Below, in pieces: positions 28,816 through 39,590 of a stretch of 64,000 bases of DNA. Origin of the DNA: Dicyema japonicum (Eukaryota; Animalia; Dicyemida); NCBI GenBank assembly GCA_011109175.1, contig RDEW01000051.1, forward strand, positions 56,685-120,684, given 5' to 3'. The stretch's first letter is position 1. Every line of letters begins with the position of its first letter. Below the pieces are notes generated by a model. It saw only the letters and a program-made list of their open reading frames with translations, did no database searches and was not told the origin of the DNA. The translations under genes and the position numbers were made by a program.

Positions 28816-28821
28816 ATTTGA
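27421..28821 (+). CDS. CRE-like reverse transcriptase (open frame, C-terminus including RLE missing)
   Basis: KPNGGIRPIAVGNYFRKL, QMGVSIQNGCEVAVH, KLDITNAFNSL, GVQQGDPLGPLLF, WYLDDATIGG. In-frame upstream LSSWLCSFC is the tail of a PHD finger. Confidence 0.9.
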   Translation: MEAPRREKITQSNFTLPHTDHTLLKISNLRKTMKIPVKIPKGVRIAAATCLSDAIDHALSSDSWESWLKLICFAPVALGIPTKESEDNNKETNSRLNLSGKLKRNIMNFSCHNIHAILEHPLHVNELETRGAFIKDAPNKLKERVNRKLLEGDVRAALRVITSDDTVLSCTSEVLNTLILKHPDAPTDYEKFLNPEGTQEIIITESEVRHGITSFAASSGGGLEGLRPGHIKDLTSTYTSEAGRCLVKSITDLIRKMVNGDIPKYARELLFSARLLAFKKPNGGIRPIAVGNYFRKLAAKVASTMVSRQLGEEFFPKQMGVSIQNGCEVAVHAARRFFTQKNISNECIGIKLDITNAFNSLRRDEIMKTCWKRAPKLFPLVNLSYGEDTSLVFENEIIKSKTGVQQGDPLGPLLFALTIEVVSSIDAQLNLWYLDDATIGGSFKETYNSLRKALPALKHLGLDINI

Positions 28822-28965
28822 TAAAATAATTAAAAAAAATATTTTTTTTAATTTTTTTCTAAGTCCAAGGTGGAACGCGTAGCGCCTGTGACATAATATC
28901 TATACGCGGATGGATAACAAAGACTCTCAGGACGGTGGAACAATAAATTTGTGGATGATCTAGAG

Positions 28966-29911
28966 CAAAGGTTGTCAAACGGTGTGCCGCAAGACAATTT
29001 CTAGTGTGCCGCCTGCCAAATACAAATTTGAATAAATTTATATACATTTTTGACCTAATTAATTTAAAAAGATAAACGAATTAAAATAATTACTAAAATT
29101 AAAATAGTCATTTTTTTATTATACATTAAATGACATTTACATTGGTTAACCATTATTTATTAATTTTTTAATAACGTGCGCATTAACGTGCCCATCAACG
29201 TTCTTATGGGTAAATCAGTTCGTCGTTCTTATAAAGATTCTTATTTGTCATTTGGATTTATATGCAAAGATAAAAATAAACTACCTCAATGTCTAATTTG
29301 CATGGATTTTTGGCAAGTGATGCTATGGTTCCTAGCAAACTAAAGAGACATTTTACTTCCAAGCATCCGGACTATTCCGAAAAATCTGTGGATTATTTTA
29401 TCCATTTGAAAAAACAACTTAAATATTATTTGGTTTTTACTATGAATCGTAGATCTAGTCAAATGATGTTCAGTGAAACTTTTGTAAACACAAAGGAATC
29501 ATTGAAATGTTCATACCTGATCTCAGAAGTGATAGCAAAACAACTAAAACCTCACAATATTGGCGAAAACTTGATAATACCTGCTTGTCGTATTATTGCT
29601 CGGACTATGTTTGGTCATAAATATGAACAAAAAATAATGAAGATACCTTTGTCAGATAACACTGTTTCTCGTCGGATTTGTACTGATATGCGAGTGTCTT
29701 TGTTAACCATTCGACCTGATATTGATGATATATGCAAAAACAATAATAATTAAGAATTTATTTTTTATTAATAAAAATTTGGGCATTATTTACCAATTTT
29801 AGTACTTAGTTTTACACATCTTAAAAATTTAATTTTTTATTTTTTAATGTGTGCCGTAGATTATTTTTTTACGATTAGTGTGCCGCGAGAATTATTTTTT
29901 GAAAAGCTCTG
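28966..29911 (+). mobile_element. Non-autonomous hAT (Buster/Charlie-type) DNA transposon, 946 bp
   Basis: Perfect 8-bp TSD ATCTAGAG (28958-28965, 29912-29919) with the central TA typical of Buster. Imperfect 14-bp TIR CAAAGGTTGTCAAA / CAGAGCTTTTCAAA (11/14). Subterminal GTGTGCCG repeats at both ends. Confidence 0.92.
29289..29753 (+). pseudogene. Internally deleted Buster-type transposase (N-terminal region fused in frame to the C-terminal tip)
   Basis: MVPSKLKRHFTSKHP, KPHNIGENLIIPAC and IPLSDNTVSRRI, then a jump to DMRVSLLTIRPDIDDICK. The DDE core is absent. Confidence 0.85.
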
Positions 29912-31210
29912 ATCTAGAGTGTGTTGGAGAAGTCCAAACACTAAATTTCTCTTAGAAAAGGCTTTTTTGCTAAAAAGGAAATATTTCTAACTAATTTATA
30001 AACATTAATTTTGTAAAATAAACTGGCCTTATTAGATATTTTATTTCTCAATTAATACATTTGTAAATTCTAATGGTTTTTAAATATTTTTAATTTTTTT
30101 TAATTCAGTGACGATTTATCAGACTGTGAAAATAATTTAACACGAAGGAACAGAATCATTTACAATAAAATAAATCTCATAATGACTATTCTCGTGTATC
30201 TCTGGCAATTATCCTCATATCTTTAGTGCTTGTTGATACGATAACTAACTTTTCAGTATTATTAGGATCTTTAGAGTTTTTCGATTTACAAAGTTTTCTG
30301 TCTTCTTTTTTGTCATTCTTAATGATAAATTTCATGAATTATAAGTTTAAGCCGCGTGGTTAATTGGTTAATTTTTTCTGCTTGCTTGTTCCTCCTCTCT
30401 CTTCCTAATAAAGTGGCGTCATGTGATCCACCTGTCTAGGTGACGCCCAGTGCCAGGCCGGTACGAAAAAAAATCATTTGCTCTTCCCCACTCTACTTGA
30501 GGGGTTTCCACAACTGCATGTAATAGGCGTCTTACCTTTTATGCTGACTCCGGATGGACTCTGTTTCTGTAGAAGTGGAAACTGGATATACTTAATTAGT
30601 TGTTTACTTTGACTTCTTTATCGGTGTATCCGGGTTTAATAAATAAATTAAACTGTACTCTTCATTATCCTTTACAAACATTTTTAGAGACATTAAGTCA
30701 ATTGGTTGAGGTGGTGACGTCCCTCTATAGCACATATGTCTAATACGTATTTGAATAATCCTTTTCTGGTTTTCTACCCTTACCTTGGGAAAGGCTAATT
30801 AAGAGGATTGTTCAGACGCGGCACGAATAGAATTATAGTTTATATGATTCTATGTAGTTGCTTATAATAATAATTAAGTCAAAGTAGAAAATTTGTTAGC
30901 CTCCTGATTTTATCTGCAAAAAGAACGCCAATAAAAATGACGTAATTTTTTTTATAAAATACGTTAGCGTAAATTTTTAAATATTTAGTATAAAATTTTA
31001 AGCTCAGGCTAGACAAATGCACATGCTATTAGTCTCTAGGATAAAGTACTAGGCGGCCTATCATATAGTGTTTTCCCATCAATAACGACACTTCGTCAAT
31101 CACTATATTTTAATTGTATTCCGTAGTTTTCCCAAATTCTAAAAATAGTGTGTAATCGATAAAAAACTAAAATATTTGACTTTAATCCAAAATGAATCAA
31201 TCAGTCACCA

Positions 31211-31690
31211 TTATAGTTCGTGTTCTGAAACCACATGAAAGGGACACTGCTTGCCTTTAGACCGGAAATCATTCTCACAGACACACTCATAAGTTCCCGG
31301 CAAATTAATACAAGGATTATTTCCACAAGGCTTGAATTCTGAGCATTCGTCAACGTCATCACAGCTGTTTAGATCAGAATTATGAACATAGCCAAGATCG
31401 CAAGTCCTGCAGTCTGTGTAATCCTTACAAGTCTTGCAGGAAGGATGACATTCTACAAGTAAACCTCCAAGTATTACTCGTGCACTTTTCCCCATCAAAA
31501 TAATAATCTGTGAGACATTGCCGACAATCATCTCCAAAGTGGCCGGGCAGACAAACACATCTCCCAGATCCAGAGCGAGTCCCATTTCCCTATAAATAAG
31601 TTCGAATAATACATCACATTCACAATTTTTCCCTCTTTGATCATCACAGGGTAAACAAGAAAGGCCAAACAGGCAAGTTTGTCAACACAC
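31211..31690 (-). CDS. CRELD: CRELD-like EGF/furin-repeat protein, 5' part not resolved (possibly a fragment)
   Basis: Removing GT-AG introns 31590-31612 (23 nt) and 31453-31477 (25 nt) gives CLPC...CECDGNGTRSGSGRCVCLPGHFGDDCRQC...KCHPSCKTC...CDDVDEC...CINLPGTYEC, the CRELD domain order. Confidence 0.7.
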
Positions 31691-31860
31691 GTTAGATGGT
31701 TGGCAGTGTTAATTAATTAAATTATTGAAGAAAAACTAACTACCAAACTACCCGTCTTCTTTCCCCCTGGTATCCATCATCTGCGCCTTATCACTAGTGT
31801 TAAAAAACTGGTTTTCCTCAAGATCTGTCCTCTCATAACTCTACCATCTTATCTACACAA

Positions 31861-32100
31861 ATACGCGATGGAAACTCATCAACAACTCATCTAACAAAAC
31901 TTGTTCAGTTCATTTCGGACGGCCTGAATACCCCAATTCCACACGAGAGAACCGTGCTGGTCTCAGTAGATGTAGAGAAGGCTTTTGACTCAATATCCCG
32001 GAAGATCCTTACAGCCAAAATTTTTACGACGTCGATCCACCCTAAATTCAAGTCATGGTTGGCTAACTTCATCAACGGCCGAGTGGTTGCAGACAACCAG
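31861..32100 (+). pseudogene. LINE (APE-type) reverse transcriptase remnant
   Basis: RDGNSSTTHLTKLVQFISDGLNTPIPHERTVLVSVDVEKAFDSI...WLANFINGR. Confidence 0.75.
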
Positions 32101-32196
32101 AAATCAAACCGCGATACCTTCCAAATAGAATGAATCCCCGTTTCCCATTAAGAAAACCCTTTCAAGCCTTTCCTCACATTCACTCATTAAGTGGAC

Positions 32197-32708
32197 NNNN
32201 NNNNNNNNNNNNNNNNNNNNNNNNNNNNNNNNNNNNNNNNNNNNNNNNNNNNNNNNNNNNNNNNNNNNNNNNNNNNNNNNNNNNNNNNNNNNNNNNNNNN
32301 NNNNNNNNNNNNNNNNNNNNNNNNNNNNNNNNNNNNNNNNNNNNNNNNNNNNNNNNNNNNNNNNNNNNNNNNNNNNNNNNNNNNNNNNNNNNNNNNNNNN
32401 NNNNNNNNNNNNNNNNNNNNNNNNNNNNNNNNNNNNNNNNNNNNNNNNNNNNNNNNNNNNNNNNNNNNNNNNNNNNNNNNNNNNNNNNNNNNNNNNNNNN
32501 NNNNNNNNNNNNNNNNNNNNNNNNNNNNNNNNNNNNNNNNNNNNNNNNNNNNNNNNNNNNNNNNNNNNNNNNNNNNNNNNNNNNNNNNNNNNNNNNNNNN
32601 NNNNNNNNNNNNNNNNNNNNNNNNNNNNNNNNNNNNNNNNNNNNNNNNNNNNNNNNNNNNNNNNNNNNNNNNNNNNNNNNNNNNNNNNNNNNNNNNNNNN
32701 NNNNNNNN
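32197..32708. other. Assembly gap (512 N)
   Basis: Run of N immediately before a tandem repeat. Confidence 1.
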
Positions 32709-33075
32709 TCTGTTTCGAACAGACTGACCACGTAACGAAAATATTGACGAGCCATGGGCAACAATCAAAGAGGGTGCCCACGATGAAGAAAACAGTGCTC
32801 GGACTGGAGGAATCTATTTCGAACAGACTGACCACGTGAACGAAAATATTGACGAGCCATGGGCAACAATCAAAGAGGGTGCCCACGATGAAGAAAACAG
32901 TGCTCGGACTGGAGGAATCTGTTTCGAACAGACTGACCACGTGAACGAAAATATTGACGAGCCATGGGCAACAATCAAAGAGGGTGTCCACGATGAAGAA
33001 AACAGTGCTCGGACTGTAGGAATCTGTTTTGAACAGACTGACCACGTGAACGAAAATATTGACGAGTCGTGGGTA
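32709..33075 (+). repeat. 105-bp coding tandem repeat (35 aa, EQTDHVNENIDEPWATIKEGAHDEENSARTGGICF), at least 3.5 copies
   Basis: GAACAGACTGACCACGT at 32717, 32821, 32926 and 33031. Confidence 0.95.
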
Positions 33076-34060
33076 GCAATAAAGGAGGGTGGTCGTGTGG
33101 ATGAGAACATTGTTGAGACTAGAGGTATGTATGTCAAAGAGGATGACCACGTGGAAGGAAATGAAGAAATTGGGCGTTTAGTGATGAAAGTTGAACATAA
33201 TGGATTTCGAGATGAGACTAATAAACTAGAAGAATTAATGATTCCGGGCCAGGCAGGTGTAATACAGGAGACTGTAGAGATGGATGACTATCCAGTACTA
33301 CAGGAAGACTTGAAACATGAATTAATAAAGGAAGAGGAGTCTGAACTCGTAGTATTCCCTAACATGATGAAAGAAAAGGCAATGGGTGGAAGAATGAGTA
33401 GTATTTGACTATATAAGAGATTCGTGTGACTTGGACGGAGTTCAGGATAATACGGAAAGCTCGGGAGAGGGATGTGATTGTATCTCCAAGAAGTTAAAAG
33501 GCGGGAAAATTTCGTCATATTTTTCTTCCTTATCGCAAAATAATAAGGTAAGGGGTTGATTAATGTGCAGAGTTCGATAACCCTAGAGCATGTCATGAAT
33601 AACTTCTTTATGGATGAACTACTTCAATATGATAACAAAATATGCAGTTCTTGCAAAGCCTTACAGCCGGTTGTCCGTCGTTCCACCTGGTTGACTGTTT
33701 TGCCACGTGTTCTTGTCCTCCACCTGATGAGATTTATTATACATGTTCGGGTTTGCTTATTTGTAGAAAAGTGGGAGAATCTATAAGGGAGACAGGGCTG
33801 TTGAGATTGAGGAAGTCATTGATATGGCCCCTTACTGTGACCCTGAGATTGAATTGAAAGGAGAAACCCGATATGTGCTGTCTGGTGCTATCTCCCACTC
33901 AGGAACCCTGGACCGTGGACATTATACTGCATTTGTTAAGATATTGACAGCAAGTGGTGAGAAATGGATGAATGCCAATGATGATTACTCCAGAGAAGCC
34001 TCGTTTGAGGAGATCAATAGCAATCAAAGTATATATGTCTTATTTTATTCGCGATTATGA
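32709..34060 (+). CDS. Ubiquitin-specific protease (peptidase C19), 3' part; Cys box not visible and presumably in or before the gap
   Basis: Introns 33398-33419 (22 nt), 33548-33570 (23 nt) and 33745-33766 (22 nt) join the ORFs in frame. Motifs CSSC...LPRVLVLHLMRF, His box YVLSGAISHSGTLDRGHYTAFVK...W...NDD and terminal YVLFYSR. Confidence 0.88.
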
Positions 34061-35870
34061 CATTTGGGTTTCTATTTTCATAAAATTATTTTTCTTGATT
34101 GTGAATTGTTCAATTGGTGTTGAGTTGGTGACGTAGGTGTAGTGCACTTAATGTTTTCGCCCCTCAATGTGGATGTAACCATTTTTAGACTCTGGATCGT
34201 TAGATGCTCAGATGTCAGAGTTTGAATTCCGTATGAAATTTGATATGTCTGTTTTGGGAGCAACGATAAATACCTGAGTGTTCTAGATAATATAGAGGGT
34301 TCCCTATGTGGTAAGTGTTCCAATTGATACAGCAAAATAATCAATCTAGTAAGTATTGCAGTCACCTTCGCAAGGACCATAATTCTTATACATCCGCATG
34401 GGTAGGGCACAAACTTGATGTTGGAGTAAGGAAATGGTAACTAGTCATTGAGAGGGTGAGCTCATGTAAACAATCTGGTTCCACATTGAGGTATTCAAGT
34501 GCCATATGTTTGAAAAGGTGTCACCAAAAACGAAACAGAGCCACTCACTTTCCTCATTTGATTATCGAATGGGCTCCTCCTTTTACTGTGAAACCACAAT
34601 AGCTATAGTTTTACCCGTCAGAAACTAACTTCAAATTTCTTCGGTCGTGTGCAAGAAATTTGGAGTCCATTTCAAATCAATGAACTCGAGACTAAAAGGA
34701 GCAGTGGAGCAAATATTACATAAAGCCTTCCTTTTATTTTTCTTGGCTAATTCAGCCCGAGGATTATCCTGAACTGCCTTAGATGAAACGGTTAAGGTGG
34801 TGACGTGCCTCTATTGCATACATTTCTAATAGGCCTCAGGTATTTCATCCAAAAATTAATAATATTGGGTTTCCCGATCAATAGCGTCACTAAATAACCT
34901 TTTTTAATTTGTATCATTTTCAGCCTCTTTTCTAAAAACAGTTTATCCATGTGCTGAATATAAATTCTCAATTTGATTGAGAAATAGTGAGTAAGGGGTA
35001 ATGGAAGTTTTCTACTTCAATCGATTCTTTAAAGTCTGTCTGGTGACATCGGATCGTGGGTTCGAATCCGAAAAATTGAGTTTTCAGCGATGGTCAATCC
35101 TCGTCATACAGATCCCACCCGTGAGGCACGAATCCTTTTGACACGACACAGCTGTTGAAAAGGATCTTCCAACCTTCAAATCCACTGATGAAGATTACAT
35201 TATGAAAACTCTTCTGCCGAAGAATGTCCGTTACGATAAGACGTTTGATGAAAATGGTAAAGGGCGAATCTACTTCGCGGAAACTTGTAGTGGACTATTG
35301 GAAGGCGGCGTAAGCATATGTTCCCCTTGGGGTCCTTCCTTGGAAGAATTACCTGTGACTCTGCTGGACTTACCAAAGATCGTAAGCCTGGGGTCGATAA
35401 ATAAGAACCCCAAAATCCCGCACGTTGTGTAGAGGAAAACCCCTGTAAACTTCTTTGAATAGGAACGGCCTGGTTACCAGTCGATGGTACAGCAAAATAG
35501 GAACGCTGTAGAAACCTCGAATGTAAGGAATTAATAAGTCACGGTAACTCAAGCCTTTTAATGACACTTCTGTAACAAGTGGTTGGAATTCTTCTGAATG
35601 GAAGTGGCCTTTCTTGAGAATAATCATGGGATCCAGTTCCCCAGATTTGTGGTGAGGCGATTAAAACATTTGTGTTAGAGAACATGATTGGTTCTATTGT
35701 GTCCTCCAATGACAATCCTGAGCACTATCGTATATAGAAGATGAGGTGCTCCGTTTCAACTGAGATCACGGAAGCTCGGTGGAGATTCTATTGCTTGAAC
35801 ATTCACCAGTCTACTCTTTATTGGTGGTGGACTCTGTTTTATGCCAGCTAGAATTTTGCTAGCGAATTTG

Positions 35871-36140
35871 TTTATTTATCCCCCAGTCCCTTCGACCAGG
35901 TATGTAGCGGTCGGGGGATTCCTTACTCCTCGCATTATTCAAATCCTAATAGGCGTTGATCCACCAGTGTCTGACCAGCATCCAAAAAGGATATCTCTCG
36001 TCTCTACTCCACTGGAGGGGTTCCGGGTATGGAAGGACTTGGCTCGAAAAAAACAAGTCTTACTCTGACTGTGGGAACTGGATATCTCCCAATCTTAACC
36101 TCTTTCCGGTATTCCCGTTGTTTTTATTATATTAACCACC
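35871..36140 (-). mobile_element. Short retroposon-like repeat family A, copy 1 (~270 bp)
   Basis: Reverse-complement match along its length to 57610-57887. (TAAA)n-like tail on the minus strand. Confidence 0.75.
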
Positions 36141-36818
36141 GATCAAGGTTTCAAGGTTTTTTTAACAAAAAATAGCCTCGTCCCATGATTTTTGAGACTG
36201 TTCTTCTATGGAAAAAAACATCAACACCAAACTTCTGAGACTGCTTCGTCAAAAGATCAAGAAGTTTTGAGCATAATCTCTAACGAAAGGAAATCGCCAA
36301 AATGGCACAAAGGAGGATATGGAGTGCAACATCGGGAGTTGTCTGCATGACAGTGGATGTCCTTTCCTGTCTGATTACATCTACATCGAGTCCTAGCCAA
36401 AGAGGACCTCCACCAGGCGTATCTTCATCCAATTTACTACCAACTTCATCCCATGATAATATCGGATGTTAGTTCGTTGGTTAATGCACTTCCGCGTTGC
36501 CAGTAAACGGTGTTTATGGTTCCGTCAGTCATGACTGCGCGTTCCACGGTTTATGCGTATCGTGGATTCAAGGGGCATTGGATGCTGGAACTCTCCAGAA
36601 ATCGAACGTTCCGTGATTTTGGAGGCTCATCGGGCAAAGATGAGGTCGCAGTTATAATACACCGGGATCACGTGATAATTAGTTTGGTTTTACCGCGGTG
36701 TTGGGTTGGTAGATAAAAATAATACTGACATTTTGAGCCTCTGTCAAAACCAAAGTCCTTCGTGGGGTTTCTTGAAATTTAAATTCAGTTTTTTTTAAGC
36801 CATCGGTGTCGAGTCACT

Positions 36819-37060
36819 TTAACCTTCTCCAACAATCATCTTGTACCCCAGATACCTGGAAGCCAATCCTCTTGTGCTTGTACACAAATCGATTAGGGAA
36901 GAGAACCTCTGGATCGACCGAGTTTTCTTTGCCTGCGACAGAGATAAGCGAAGCAGGCCTTCTTCATAAAGTGGGGGAATCCGACTCCGCATCTGAGGGT
37001 CGTGAGTAAAGGAATGATCCATAAATCTCACAGAATTACGTGCCGACATACCCGACGACC
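36819..37060 (-). pseudogene. Degenerate Gypsy-like RT remnant
   Basis: FMDHSFTH...GLLRLSLSQAKK...SRYLGYKMIVGEG loosely follows the YxDD...KC...YLG pattern. Confidence 0.35.
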
Positions 37061-38000
37061 AATTTACCGTTGACCACAAGAAATTTAAAATAATAAGGGG
37101 TACGAACAACTATGGGGGTCGGTAATAGCAGCCAGTGTTCTTTTAGTCATTCCGACGCAGAACATGTGGAAACGAATTCTGGTTAAAGTCTCAAATTCAT
37201 TGAATTTCGTTTCCAAATCAGGGAATTTGCTGTACTGAGATTATCTAACACAAATAAGGATTACTGGCAGACAAAGTAATTTTGAATGAAAATGACCCCA
37301 GCTTGCCCATTCTGCGAGTTATCCGTGACTAAGGATAGAAGCCATTCCCTTGAGAAGGAAACTTCCCAAACTTCCCAACCTCAAAATTTCAAAATAATAG
37401 CAATGACCATATAATTATCATTTTTTTTAATGTTTAATTTTTTTTTTATTAACAAAATTTTTTTTAACAATTAACAAAATTATTATCATTTTAAATGAAA
37501 TTATGTAACTCCATAGACAGCTGGGCAGTTCACTTCCCTCACACCCACCTAGGTCCTGTGGAAGCTAATTCCAGTGGAGAAAACATAATTTTTAATTCAC
37601 AAGAATATGTTGTGTTTACAGTCCTTGGTTCTCCTTCATCGATTAGTAACCGATTTCCTAATTAATAGCACTTTCACATATTTGTGGTACAGGAAGTAAA
37701 TTTACCTCCAATTTCAATTAATTACGCCTCTGTCTGTACTCATTAGTTTCGACTCAGAGCTCAGTCGAGGATTGAGGGAATTCAGATTAGAATTTGCCCG
37801 CAAAAAATATTTTTAAATTATTGCTTCTTTTTTTAGAATGACAAAAGACTAATAATTGGACAGACTAACAAATTTGGAAATAATTTGAATTTTAAAATTT
37901 AAAATTAGAGACTTAAGCGTTTCCTCATTGATTATTAGTTTTTCGTTACCCCGCTTAATCAGCGATATAAATACGGAATAAACTTGGCACTTCGAGTATT

Positions 38001-38907
38001 ATGGGGAGGGGCAAGCATAGAGATAAACAAAATAAAGTGAACAACCCCTGGGACCTTTCTGACTCAGAAGACTGGAGTTTCCCTCTCAACTTCGACCCAA
38101 TGTTGGACAACCGAATGAAAGAGAAGACCCAAGATAACAATGAAAAATCTTGGATTTATCCGAACCCTCAAAGACTTTGTCACACATATGAGGCACCGGT
38201 ACCCGATTATAATTATCCCCCAATCAAAATACCTTATGACACATGGAGTGAGCACATAAGATTGAATGCTCCCTACTGTATGCCAGTAACAAGTGAGTCC
38301 CAGAATATTAACCGAATGAATGATTATCAGAGAAATTGCAATTGGTATCCCCCATTTGGGGGTCGAATAATATTCTAAATATCGGTTATGATGAGCCTAA
38401 TTATTTGTCTGGGATGGGATGGGGGAATACTCCAGAACACAAGAGTAATTATTCCTATGTATATCAATATACCCAAATGTGTGACCCACGTGTGTTGATG
38501 GAATCAAATAATCCAGGAGATGTTGAATTTATCTATGAAAGAGTGGAAGAACAACAAGTATCTAATGAAGAACAACGAGTATATAATGAAGGTTACCCCC
38601 AACACAGAATCCTCAGCAATCAGACGATAAGCAATCTGAACTCGAACGACGAATGAACGAAGAGAAAAAGGCCATTCTTGAATCCCAGAGGATTAGGGAA
38701 CAAAAAAGAAGGGACAATAACTTAATATACATAGATCGACTGAGAAGTCTTGTTCCAAGATGTGCAACTGAAAAATGCACAGTAGAAAGGGTACTACGCC
38801 TCACAACAAAATATATAACCGACATGAGGGAGAGAATCTTTGAATATTTGGAAAATTACCATGCCGACTTGGAAACTGTCCGCAGACGAATATACCGTCG
38901 GCAATGA
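38001..38907 (+). CDS. bHLH transcription factor (~300 aa if two homopolymer frameshifts are corrected)
   Basis: C-terminal REQKRRDNNLIYIDRLRSLVP...KCTVERVLRLTTKYI is a bHLH (Max/Myc-like EQKRR). One extra C in CCCCC 38349-38353 and in CCCCC 38596-38600 fuses the three overlapping ORFs. Confidence 0.78.
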
Positions 38908-39339
38908 CATTTATTTAACTAAGGTTCCGGGTTTCTGTTTAACTTTGAAATTTAAATGAGCACAAACATCGCTAATATCTTGTTCCTCTCCTAGGCAGAC
39001 ATATATAAGATCCCCCAGAAAGATATTGATGCGACTGATGCTTCCTTGTATCCAAAAGTTCGCGTCTACGGATTCTAGGAAGGTAAACGATAGGTTATAT
39101 TCACTTTGAACGGATGATGACCCCGAGTGTGCTAGATCTACCTGACCAGCTCAACCTCCGACCATTAGTTAGGGAAGTTAATTTGGATCCTTTTCGGGAA
39201 GCCTCTTTCTTCTTCCCCTTGCCATGTCTTGTCTTTAACGGAGGATCTTCTTAATTACATCCTCTGGATTCTTGAAATTTATATCTCCTCTTTCTGGTAT
39301 GGCGCTCTATAAGACATCCCCAAAGAATACCGAATTGCA

Positions 39340-39590
39340 CTCCGCCAGACCTTCCTCACTGTGATACCAGGAGTGTGCACCATAGGTGAGCATGACAACA
39401 TCAGGGCGTTGAAATTTGGCCCAGGCATCACGGCTCAGCTGAAAAGGCCTCATTGCACGCAATCTTTGCACAGCCCGCCCTTAACGAGGGCAATGTGCTC
39501 CTGGAAACTACACTTGGAGTTGAAGGTCACTCCAAGGTACCTCATCCGCCCAGTGACCTTTATAGGAACCCCATAGATGGTACTCTAGGA
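39340..39590 (-). pseudogene. LINE RT C-terminal remnant
   Basis: Minus-strand YGVPIKVTGRMRYLGVTFNSKCSFQEHIALVK matches the YLG...F..HI thumb motif. Confidence 0.55.

Larger units (their letters stand above)
27303..28860 (+). repeat. ~120-bp double-hairpin motif, copy 2, split by the CRE fragment (27303-27385 and 28827-28860)
   Basis: Hairpins TCAAATTA-AATATA-TAATTTGA and AATTAAAAAAA...TTTTTTTAATT. Sequence matches the reverse complement of 14782-14904. Confidence 0.75.

Noticed and set aside
29025-29060. Third copy of the double-hairpin motif inside the hAT element
   Set aside because: Only a short AT-rich resemblance (TAGGTCAAA...TATATAA) with no hairpin conservation.
32104-32768. Long ORFs spanning 32.1-32.8 kb
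   Set aside because: Artefacts of translating through 512 N.
35100-35700. Possible host gene (ORFs 35202-35432 and 35370-35627)
   Set aside because: No consistent spliced model. Faint AYD and PQG motifs suggest a decayed LINE, but they are too weak to list.
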